From Daphnia carinata (Eukaryota): 64,000 nt of DNA. The notes under the pieces were generated by a model, which made no database searches, had not been told where the DNA came from, and saw only the letters and a list, made by a program, of their open reading frames with translations. Location of the stretch: NCBI RefSeq assembly GCF_022539665.2, contig NC_081333.1, forward strand, positions 496,001 through 560,000, given 5' to 3'. A program made the translations under genes and the position numbers. This document shows, piece after piece, positions 1-11,500 of the stretch; position 1 is the first letter of the stretch; each line of letters begins with the position of its first letter.

Positions 1-1836
1 AATCAATAACAATATATTATTTTATCAACCTCTTTAGGCATGTTTAAAACTTTTCGTGCTTACTCAGTACGATCAGCCAACCACTTCTCTTGGTGGGAGC
101 GTTGATCTTTTCCCAACGCCTAGGAATTTTAAAACATATATTAGTGTCTTTTTGCTGTAAAATTTGTCCATTATCTTTAATTTTTACATCAAAATACCGC
201 CATGTAACGGGTGCTGAATATTTGTGACTTAAAACGCAAAGGCTTAACCATAACTTATTGGTGCAAAGATTTGAATTTCAGCCGTTATTTTATGTATTTA
301 CTTATTTTTGTATGAACTTACTTTCAAAATGAATTGGTTACCTGCTTTAACCGACGGATTTCGGCATTATGCCTTTCGTCGCTCATTCTCTTTTCGTTTT
401 CGATTTTGATAGTTTGCTGTCGCATTTCGGCGGCCAATGATTCACATTTTTCAGCTAACCTCTTCTTTTCCTCGACAAGCTGTTGAATAAACTGAAAGTT
501 GCGACTCGTATTCGTCTCGTATTCCTCCTTTTGAGCTTTACAACGCAAGTTCAATTCACGCTTGGCTGTTTTCACATTGCGTGCCAAAAGTTCTCTTTGA
601 TGTTGGAGAGCTCGTTCCATAACCAAGATTTTATTGTCTTTATCCTCAACTAGCATCTGGGTAATGTGAAAAATGATCAAATTTAGTAGTTGTAATTTGA
701 TTCGACCAGTTCCTTAAGTGTGTTTGGTCAGATGAGTTACGTAACTAGTAATGATAAATTACCTGAAGGCTTAGGACCTCTTCGATTAGCTCAGCCATGC
801 TCATGCCGTGCAACCTGGTGACACCTTCGCAACGGGGTCTTCTAAAACCTCCTTCAGCATTTGATTCTGTTTCGGAATTTATGGCAAGAAGTGGCGACCG
901 TAAAACTGGTGTGTCACTGTTGGCATCGTCCAAAAAGTTTAATATTTCCGATAACACATTATTTTCCTTTTTAGTTGATTGGTCTTTCCTTGATTCTTCG
1001 TTTTTTGCTTCGGGCTCCTGCTTCCGCGTAACAATTTGAAACGATTGATTTACTGGCTTTTCGCTTCCACCTGATGGACTGCGAATACTACTCATCTCAT
1101 CTACTGAATCGTCAATCAAATTTGATGCTCCGGAAACAGGTGCGAGATTGTCATCCGCGCTAACGTCGACCACAGCAGATGGTCGTTGAATATTATTGGT
1201 CTCTACGCATGGATTACAATTGACGTTTTGTAACGTCATAGGTTCAGGTGTAGGTGCAGTAGTACATTGTCTGTTATTTGGTTGTAATTGGTCATTGATC
1301 GCGTAAGACTCAGACCGATGTAACCTGGGATCGGCTTCAATTTTCGTGAGTGCATCGGGATGTTTATATTGCGTGCAATCCGAAGATTGTAATTGGCCTG
1401 GTTGTCTTGAATTGGTGGTGCATATTATTGGTTTTTTGAAGTTATGCGCTGGTTTTTCTTGTTCCAAAAAAACCGGGTCGTTAATATCTTGCAGTGAAGT
1501 GTCGGGCTCGAGGCGTTCGGGGCTGTCACTGGAAGCGCTGCTAAATACCGCAAATGACTGTTTATCTTCGAGACTGTATTCAGTAACCGTGTCGTAACTT
1601 CCAACAGTTGCCAGCTCACTATCGATGCTGCTAGACCACGATCGGCGACTGGTGTGCGGAGGTGGAATCCAGTCTCTTTGCGGCTTCGTTGAACGATCTT
1701 CTCGAGAAGATGAGCTACTTGTCGCTGGGCGATGCAAGGAAGAATAAGGGTTTCGTCTGGACACAAAAGGGAACAAAAACAATTGCAATATAGTGTGCAC
1801 GTATTTACGTTTGGAACTGTCTAAGTGTGGTTTCAT
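1..1836 (-). CDS. CEP131: Centrosomal protein 131 (AZI1/dilatory-like); spliced, 3' end lies beyond the window
   Basis: Exon ~341-657 encodes LQHQRELLARNVKTAKRELNLRCKAQKEEYETNTSRNFQFIQQLVEEKKRLAEKCESLAAEMRQ, resembling the CEP131 coiled coil (..QREHYEATIQRHLAFIDQLIEDKKVLSEKCEAVVAEL..). Exon near 65-120 gives QEKWLADRT. Long low-complexity exon ~764-1756. ATG at 1836 is tentative. Confidence 0.8.
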
Positions 1837-2351
1837 TGTTTTCGGAAGATGAATTAGGATATTTAAATTAAAGATTTACTTTGATACGAGGGCTGTTGCT
1901 GGTCGATCCGACAAAATCTTTCGCGTCGTCAACGTCTCGCGGCGGAGGGAAGCATGCAGACAATCCTCAGACTTGCAACTCGAAATCGGTAAAGGTTTGT
2001 CAATCGGAAGCGTCTCGTAGGCGCGGTTTGAGCCGATTCGAAAATTAATTTGCATATTTGAACCCTTCAAACCAAAATCCTGAGACGCATTTGTGAGGTG
2101 AACTTGTGACGTAGCTTTATGAATTTTTTTCTGTTTTGCCGGAAAACCGTTACTGTAAGTTTCATTTTTACTACGAAATTTGATAGGCATTTTGCAGAAA
2201 CAAAGGTTCACTCACGAAAACTTTCAGGTTCAGTTTTACACTAAAATCAAAATAGATTTATATATGGGCACACTGTGAAAATACAACTGGCAGCAAACGA
2301 ATACCCAACTAAAAGACCCACATTACGTTCCTGCTTGGTCAATACTGTTTT

Positions 2352-2365
2352 GTCACCATGGGGAC
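2352..2365. promoter_or_regulatory. Candidate RFX X-box upstream of CEP131
   Basis: GTCACCATGGGGAC fits the relaxed X-box RYYNYYWWRRNRAY; ~515 bp upstream of the ATG of a ciliary gene. Confidence 0.5.
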
Positions 2366-2483
2366 AACCGAGACCACAAGTGAGGGTAGAGACGACGAGC
2401 CCTAACGAATGCCTTATCGACGCTATGACAATGAAGACGGGCGTTGCACTAGTCTGAATGAGCGTCGGAGGTCATGTATAAAC

Positions 2484-3797
2484 TATGGCAATCCGTTTTA
2501 CCCAAAATAAAAATAAAAAATACTGGCCATTTTTTCTGTTTTACTGCTAATTTCGTTTTCGTGTTCCTTGTTAAGTTTTGAATCAGAATCATATATAGTT
2601 ATCTAGATTTAATGATATCATTTTTTAATAGGAAAAAATTTTAAGCCCGACAAAATCAGCCCGGCCTTCTGTTTTTTACGGTTAATTCAAAAATTAGAAG
2701 CCTAATATAAAAATATACCCCATTTTCGTGATCAGCGATCAATTTCGAATCGGAATAATGTATTTTAAATGAAATTTAGGATTTTAAGAAAATTGAAAAA
2801 GTGAGAAGGCTATAAGCCTTCTCACTTTTCCAATTTTGGCCAAATTTCAAATTTGGCTTAAAATACATGATTTCGATGTAGAATGGAATGCTGATCACGA
2901 ATATAAAGTTTTTTTTTTAATTGGCCTTATAGTTTTTGAATTAAACAAAAAAAAAACAGAAGGCCGGGCTTATATTGTCGGGCTTAACATTTTGTCCTAT
3001 TAACAAATAATATCATTAAATCTCGATAACTATACATAATTCCCATTCAAAATTAACAAGGAACACGAATATGGAATTTGTTTTTACGTAGAGTATGTAG
3101 TTTTGGAGTAATCTAAAATATAAAATTAGTGTGTGCGAATCGAAACCATTACTAGCGCGCCAGTACGCTACAGCGCTAGCATGACACATTAAACTTCTTT
3201 GATTATTCAAAAACCATGAACTCTACGTAAAAACAAATTTCATTTTCGTGTTCCTTGGTTAATCTTGAATCAGAATCATCTATAGTTATCTAGACTTAAT
3301 GCTATTATTTTTTAATAGGAAAAAATTTTAAGCCCGACAATATAAGCCCGGGCTTATTTTTTAACCTAGCTTTTACCGTTTTACGTTTTATTCAAAAACT
3401 ATGAGGCCCACTAGAAAACAACCCTCATATTCGGGATGCCCGTTCAATTCTGCATCGAAACCATGTATTTAAAGCAAAATCTAAAATTTTGCCAAACTTG
3501 AAAAAGTAAGAAGGCTATAGCCTTCTCACTTTTCCAATTTTCATCATATCCTAGATTTCATTAAAAATACATTATTCCGATTCGAAATTGATCGCTGATC
3601 ACGAAAATGGGGTAAATTTTTATATTAGGCTTTTACTTTGTTAATTTACCGTAAAAAACAAAAAGTCGGGCTTAAAATTTTTTTCGGTCAGTGTATATGT
3701 AGAGAATTAACTAGAAACGTGGCCGATAGATGGCGATAGCAGTAAAACAGAAAAGGCCGAAAATATTTTTTTTTTCTGCGTAAAACGGATTGCCATA
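2484..3797. mobile_element. Non-autonomous TIR (MITE/foldback-like) element with nested internal palindromes
   Basis: TATGGCAATCCGTTTTAC at 2484 and its reverse complement ending at 3797; subterminal TTTTCTGTTTTACTGCTA / TAGCAGTAAAACAGAAAA; no credible ORF; same termini recur at 39237-44492. Confidence 0.85.
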
Positions 3798-4532
3798 ATT
3801 AACGCTGCGTTTCGCGTGAGGGGCACAGGTTTCGGTCAGCTCATTCGTTTTGTATTTTTAAGGTGCACGTCCGCGAGGGATGATTAGGAAGTGGCACGCA
3901 AGATTGCTATTTCGCGCTTGAATAGCAACTTCTGATGTAATTCTTTGCAATAAAATCATAATGCATTCTATTTCAATACCAAAGCGTGCACAGGAGGGAA
4001 AAAAGGTGCCACGAGAAGTTTTTATCACATGAAAGGGCACCCAAAGACCTTTGCTAGAAGATCGTGTGCGGCTTGAAGTAACCAATGTAATTTACGGGTA
4101 ATTTGTTCGGCAGTTGCAGAGAATAAAAAGATCATAAATAGTTACATAAAAGTCTCGTTGAACATTGTACTTCTACGTCACATCCACAAGCCAAACAAGG
4201 TACAGCAAAGGCTTCTCACGAAACTAATAGAAACACAATTGGTCGCCAAACAAGACAACACCACCAGAGGAATGTCAAATTGAAAAGATTGATCAAAGTC
4301 TAGAAAAAAACTAACTTTATTTTTTTTGTTTGTTTCTTTTTCAACTAGGAATGTTTTGGACAAATGACAATAAGGAGATTCAAAAACTAGCTGCGGACGG
4401 ATGACGCATTGTAAAGTTGAGAAAAATCTATAATGGACGGAATGGGTGTCACGTGTTAAAATCGAAAACGTTCATACAAACAACTGTAAAAAAAGGCACA
4501 TTTCTCTTAAGAATCCACTACTCAAGTAGCTC

Positions 4533-7500
4533 CTATCGCGTGAAACATAATGTTACCATATTAGTGATAACAGCAAAAACAAAAATCATAATCCAAGTCG
4601 AGGTGTTTGTAGAGGCACTTGCAAGACGGCACTTGTACATGTCATATCGTGTTGCCTGGTTTGCCACTAAATTCAGAAACTCTGATTCGACTAGTTGTCC
4701 GTCGAAATAAGTTATGGCATCTTCGAAAGGGTACTCGTAGCCTTGTTTGCATTCACACTTGTAACCGCCAGTATCAAAGCCTCTTCCCAAAATTGGAACA
4801 CACTAAAATTTGAACATATAGACATAGAAGAGTCAAAATGTAATGAAAATTCTGCGTTTAACCAAATCAAATGTAAAATGCACTTACATATGAAGTCTTG
4901 AGATCACACTTGTTGGTTTCTTTAAAAGCGTTAGGTGTATGATACTTGCCAGGGCACTGATTTATATCTAGAGTTTGCAGATCCATAGTTACGGTAACAA
5001 CTCCTTTAAATTCTAACTTAGTTCGCAATGAATCCCAGCCAAAAAATGGGGCTGCATAAGTTGAAACCCATTTTTTAACGAAGCCGTTGCAATCGAAATA
5101 AGGGCGTGTCCAATATCCATGGCGGAGATCAGCAGCTCTAAAACAAAAAGAAATTGGATAAATAAAAACTGGAAACAGACGAGGCTATCCACTTTATCAA
5201 TTCTTTGACTAATGAAATCAAATAACGTACACCTTCATAGTACTAGTCAAAGTTGCCTTACTTGTAAGATATCGGAAAATGTTCATATTTCTGGGTATGA
5301 TCGGCATATTCTTCTGAACGGATGCGGATTTTCAGATAATACTTTTCCAGGTCATCAAAGTTGGTCGACCAACGTGATTTTAAATGTTGATACCAAGGTT
5401 TTTTGAGGTACAAATCGTCTGTTTACAGAAACGAAAAAAGTTCGCATCACAAATTCTCAGTATTTTGAAAGATACGGTAATACCAGTAGAATTCAGGCGA
5501 GCTAAATCTTCAAGTTTGAACTTTCGGGTGTTCAATTGTTCCTTGTAGGCGTAAGGAGCGAATAGAGTACGATTAGGAAACTTACGACGCTCCCAAAACG
5601 TTCCGGCAGCCCAGATTTTGGTATTTCCAAGTACAAGTGCTAAAGTTTCGGCCATTAACTGATCTTCAGTTAGAGGTCGATCAGGTAAACGATTGCCCGA
5701 AAATACTTCCGTCGAATCAACAACCTAGATATAAACAATTGTCAATTGAAATAAAAACCTTTTAAAGTGAAAACAAAATTCTCTACCTGCAAAAATGCGC
5801 TCAAAAAGTTTGCCAATCGTAGGGCCATACGAGCTTCATTTTCAAATTGTTGTTCTGCACCGAAACCGATGTCGCCATGCAAGATCAGATCGTCCGGTGA
5901 AAAAAGCGCTCTAAGACATTAAGAAAAAAAATATCACGATCCTGAACTGAAGTTCTAAGCAAGGCAAAAATCGAAAAAACAAACAATGGATGGATGGAAG
6001 AGAATCGAATAAAAAACGAAAAAAAGAGGCCGAAAAACTAACAAACACTTACCGATTATTGCAGTTATGTTCGTTGACCGACCGAATATAACTAATTATA
6101 TGATCAATATTTTTCGCTTTCGTGTGTGTAGAATTTGGACCTTGGGTAGAATTCATGTAGTTGCTATTACGCTCCAAATACTGAAGGCGTAATAATGGTG
6201 ACATCTTTCCCCATTGTACGGGCTGTTTTTGAATCCCTGTTTAAGATACAGGCCATACATTATTTGTACGAGAGCAGCTAAGAAATACATGAAAGTGTAA
6301 TCACTTACATCCAATTTTATCGCAATGAAAATTTTCATTATGCTGTTCACTTGTGGCTCGTTCCAAAATTTCGCCGAGATAAGGTCGACGCACAGTATTA
6401 GGCAGTCGATGTCCAGGTTTACATCTACACTGATACCCACCTCGCCGGAATCCATATCCATGAATAGGTTCACACTATGAAAAATTCAAAGCAAAATTCT
6501 TCAAATTTGCTGAGCTACTTTTTTTTGGAAACTTTACCTCTGTTGTTTCTTTACACCTAGCAGTATCGGAAAATCGATTAGGGCCATCATTTCCCTGACC
6601 TTTAGGGCACTGGTTAATGTCTATTCTTTCAAAGTCCATTTCCATAACAGCTGCGGCGGTGTATCTATGATGATATAAATTATATTATAAAATGTTTGAA
6701 TACGTTAACGAAAAACTATATTTACGTAGGGTATTCAATGTGGCGAAAACCAGTATGACGTGGAAATATGTCCGCGATTGGAACAACAGCTCCCACGATC
6801 CATTTGTTTGATCTTCCACAATCAAAGTAAGGCTGAGTCCATTTAAGTGGTCCGGGGACTTCATCAGCACCGGGCGGTCCATGGAATGTGAAAGTCTCAT
6901 TTGTGTTGTTGGCGTATCGAATTTTCACTTGATAGGTTGTTTTTGTATCTTGTCTCCCATCCACTTGATCAGGAAGCCAAGCTTGGTACCATTTATTGAT
7001 ACGATAGTAGTCAGTGGTATAGTTTTCACTCTTGCTGTTTTTTGAGATGGCCCCAAGGTCACGAACATCAAACATGTTTAATGTAGAGTATCTTTCAAGA
7101 TGAATAGGGTCATTGTAATCATCAGCTCTAAAAGTCCGTGGGGCAAATAAGGGGAGGGTTTTGTTAAAAAACGATCTGTATGATGAGGTATAAGACATGT
7201 TTGGACTGAAGTAAACTGCACTGCTATTTAGCCGTGGATTTGATGACACATCAGCAACAGTTGAAAGAAAGTAGTACATCATTCCAGGATCATATGTGTC
7301 ATTGGTGGCAGGTCTAATAAAACGGGCTTGTAAAATGTAACTCCAAAAAAAAGCACGATTGAGTGCCATGTTGTGTAGATGCAACAGTGCTGTTCTATTG
7401 GGAAACACAGGATTAATGTTGATATCTTTAATATCAGGTAAATGAGAAACTGCATCTTCAGGCATGTGTAATTCGTTGACATTTTTAATGGGGCAATTTT

Positions 7501-7654
7501 CTGCGGTAACTGAATCCATTTGATATTTTAGAGCATCAAATTCATCACGAGACTGCCATTCGAACTGGCCGACAACACTATGTTCCCCAAGAATAGCAGC
7601 TAATATAAGTAAACATGTTAACTTGGGGAATCGCAAAATGGACTTTTGCCACAT
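4533..7654 (-). CDS. Cell-surface or secreted protein with two tandem GPR158/GPR179-type ectodomains (Cache-like + EGF-like), hydrophobic C-tail, no 7TM
   Basis: Signal peptide MWQKSILRFPKLTCLLILAAIL. Repeat 1: WTQPYFDCG..DINQCP..CEPIHGYGFRRGGYQCRCKPG. Repeat 2: WTRPYFDCNG..DINQCP..CVPILGRGFDTGGYKCECKQGY. Ends WIMIFVFAVITNMVTLCFTR*. Confidence 0.8.
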
Positions 7655-8548
7655 TTCGAAACTTAACTGACAAGCATGAACCACTGACAGTTTCAAAACG
7701 ACACACCCTGCAGACGCTCACCAAATACCAGGACTAGCTAGTAGTAGTGTCTTTACAGTCTTTACAGTTAAAAAATGAATTTTCTCAGCAGAGTTGTCAA
7801 ATGTTTTTGTTTTTGTTAACTCTATCTTGTTTATCCACAACATTGTTTAGCTTACACTTGAATAACTGATGTAATATTATATTTTGATGTTGCAGTAAAG
7901 TAAAATAATAAGGTGATGTCTAAAAGGCATTGTAAAAAATGCTTTGCTAAAATAGATTTTTACCTGACTGTTCTTCCAAAATCAAAATCCCTAGATTTCG
8001 TTAGCCCTCGAGGCCAGAACCCCCAGTACTAGTCAAGTATCTGCAAGTACCATGTCCTTTAGGTACCATGCAATGTAGTAGTGGTAGAGATTGGCCCGGC
8101 AATGATCTCTGCAAGAGAGAATGATAGAATCGCGTAGTCCTCGAATTGTTTAATCTTGCCACCTTGTATCTTGTACCTTGCGTGCCCTCTTATTTCGTTT
8201 GGCACTGGTAGCGACCACGGACGTTTTCCAATGGCGAAAAAAAGCGTACCAAAGATTAAAATTTCTGTTATTTATTGTTGTATTTTTTTCTCTTTAGGAC
8301 ACTTGCAACAGCATATGATTAGAAACTAATGGATACGTGTGCTTACATCCAACGTCACTGAGAAGAAACTGCGTGTGGAAGCCATAATTTGCGAAATTTT
8401 TATTTTAGTGTAACTTATTCATAGTAGCAATAGCTAAAGTTAGTGTGCATAGTACTTTCCAAAAGGATCCAAAATGTGGAAAAGTGAAGAAGTACACTTT
8501 ATTTTTAATCTAATGACAGGATTTTCGAATAACATTTAAATAAAGATT

Positions 8549-11500
8549 TTAAGGTCCTACATCAGGACTGTAAAATAAGCTTGAATAAAACGATGGGACA
8601 TCCATTTCCGACCGATACTTCGTCGCAATTTCTGATATTTTCAGTTTACGGCGAATGTGTGGAAGTTGGTAACTATTAATACGAGAAAAGGTTTAAGCTC
8701 ATTATGTTACAGAAAGTGTTGAACATCACATAAGGCAATGACTACCTGTCATGATCCAGACGTCGGCGTTTTCCAGCATTCACGGTAGTCTGTCTTACAA
8801 GTGATCCGAGTGCACGACGAGACACTACCATTCCGTCAACCAACGGCGTAGCAAAATTTAACCTATAAGAACATAGAATAAATAGTCTAGCACAGATGAA
8901 GTTCATATAATTAAGTACTTACTTCGAATGAGGTCCTCGCAAATGAATACGGTATAATCCTGACTGCTGCGCATGAATAAAAATAATGAAGCAGTCGCCT
9001 ACTAATTCTTCTGTTTTCACGTGTCCAACGTTATCACGGCCATTCCAAATCGTCTCCAGCAAGTCACCTTTATTCGAAAGATGTTACTTTGGTCAAGGAT
9101 TAAATCAACTACTACACTTTCGTTAAGTTAATTATTATTTTTTGTGTGCACACAAATGTAAAAATATGCGAAAGTGAATATTCGTCATATAATTCATTAT
9201 CAGATGAGAATTTCCAGATTCTGTAACAGTGAATGGTGACAGTTGAATCAAAAGTGAGGACTTACCAATTGGGAAATGATGGTGGTCCTCAAAGCTTTCA
9301 CACCACACGACGACCGTTTTAACTTCCGAAATGGATAAACTAGCATTTTTGGTGACTCTTTTGGACGGGGATGTTTGTCTTTCTTCGGTTTTCAAATGAT
9401 TTTCCAACGATTGACACGGCGTCGATGACTGGTGAAATGGTGCTAGTGCAAAATAATACGTTAAAGAAAATTGGTTTGAATTGAAAATTAGAAAGCAAAT
9501 GTCAATACAAGATACTGATGATGTCAAAGACGAGTTTAAGGCCGGAACACCAAATAAGATTTCGGAAACTCCGTCAGCCCAGTAAAGGTATTGGAAATTT
9601 ACTTGAAGACAATTTGTTTCGAAGTCTGTTCCTATCCTTTTTTCGAAGTCGGCTTTCACTTGTGCTGCGATGATCAAAATACATTTCATTATTAACGCGG
9701 AAAAATTTTATCAAATAACAATTGTAACAATTTTTTCGCTCTTTAACGATACATAGTTAACTTATGAAACAACGTAGTTTTTTTTTCTCGTTGATTAGTC
9801 TTATTTACGGTATCCATGACAAATCTTACCTTGAGACCATCCTAAAGTTTGCAGAAATTCCACAAAATGCGGATTCAATGATGAGGTCAACGTCTAGACC
9901 GCAAAAGAGAATTATTCGTATTAGAAAAACGAAAAGAGCAATCGAAACAGCAAGATTTTGCCTACCGTATTGGAGAGGATATCGTAACTGTCTTTTTGTC
10001 CTGACCGAACGTAAAACACACAAACTGTGTCATGACTACGGCTTCCCAATCGGTCGAGAGAATCCAAGTCTTCTGAAAAATGTGCAGAAGATGCATCTAA
10101 TCCAATTAATGAACTTCCTCTAATGGAGTTTTCCTGAAAGATAATATAAAAGCAGATATTGAATAAAATATCATTCGTGTTAGGTATAACTAACGTACTT
10201 GAAGGCCCTCAACAGAAAGGAAGCCGATATGCGACAAGAATAGCCGGGCTGTTTGAAATTCGTTACAGAGCGGAGGAGATTGGCACTCCAGCTTAGCTCC
10301 AGTTTCTTCTTGAACTTCTGAATTTTTTGAAGTTACTGACCCATCGACCAATCTACCAAGTTTGTCTAATTCTGCCGCTATGCGATCGTCGATCATTAAT
10401 GGCGTGTCCATACTAGGTAGTGTTTTATCTCTGCAATACATATTAAATCATTAATTCGGGCAGGTGATAAGGTTTTTGAAATGATGAATGTTACGCCAAA
10501 CAACGCCGCACTCGATCCACAGATTCAGGAAAGTACTGCGGCTCAAAGGCGAATACCGGTCCAAAATCGTTCATTGGCAAGGGTCGCCCAGGATTGACCA
10601 TATAGCTGTGAACTCCACACTTGTGTCGTGGTAAGTGACGTATCTGCGAAGCCCAAACTTGCCGGCCAAATTGATTGCGGATAAGGATTGTAACCATGGG
10701 GTCGGAGTCTAGAGATCATGGATATTTACATCGGTTTTATTTGAAGGATAATCGTGAATCCTTACCTAACGTTCTGCTAGGAGACTGCTCCAACACACCA
10801 AGTAGAATGGTTCCTTCTGATGCAGCAAAATATCGGAAATGCTGGGAAGCTGAGATGGGAGATTTACTGGAGTCAGTTTTCGGTACACATGATTTTTGCA
10901 ACAGGTCTTCTTCATTTAAAAGGCAGGATAGAGAGTCAGTTCCAGTTGGGGAAGGAAAGTTACCAACTTGTTCCACCAAAGACGTTAGTAAAAATTCCGC
11001 AGCGTCACGAACCCGAAGAGATACAGGCTTCAAGTGTTTTTCATGTTTCAGCTGTAGAATTTCGCCAGCTTTCCCTGTCTGCAAATTCGGTTTAGTTCCA
11101 TTTCCAGTTATTGTTATTATTTATTTATTTTTTTACCTGCGACTTTGACCCGGAGATTCCCAGTTCTATAACCTGAAGAATGAGATTCATGCATTCGGAG
11201 TCCGTTGCCAGATAAGGATGTGCGAACAACCACGAGGCACAACAATTAAAAGCTGCAACTATCGTAGAATGAAGGTCTTTGGAATGTGCCGGTGGTGGGC
11301 GAGAACACTGCACCGAAATATACTCGCAAAGAACGCGAATTACTCGACGACTTTCCCCTACATATTGCAAAAGTTTGTAGTATAATACAAACAAGGAAAA
11401 CAAACGTTACAGAAAGAGAACCTACGTTGATCAGGAACTCGTAGCTTCGCCAAAATCTCCGCCATAAATGCAAGGAGTTCCAGTGCAGCAAGAGAAGTAT

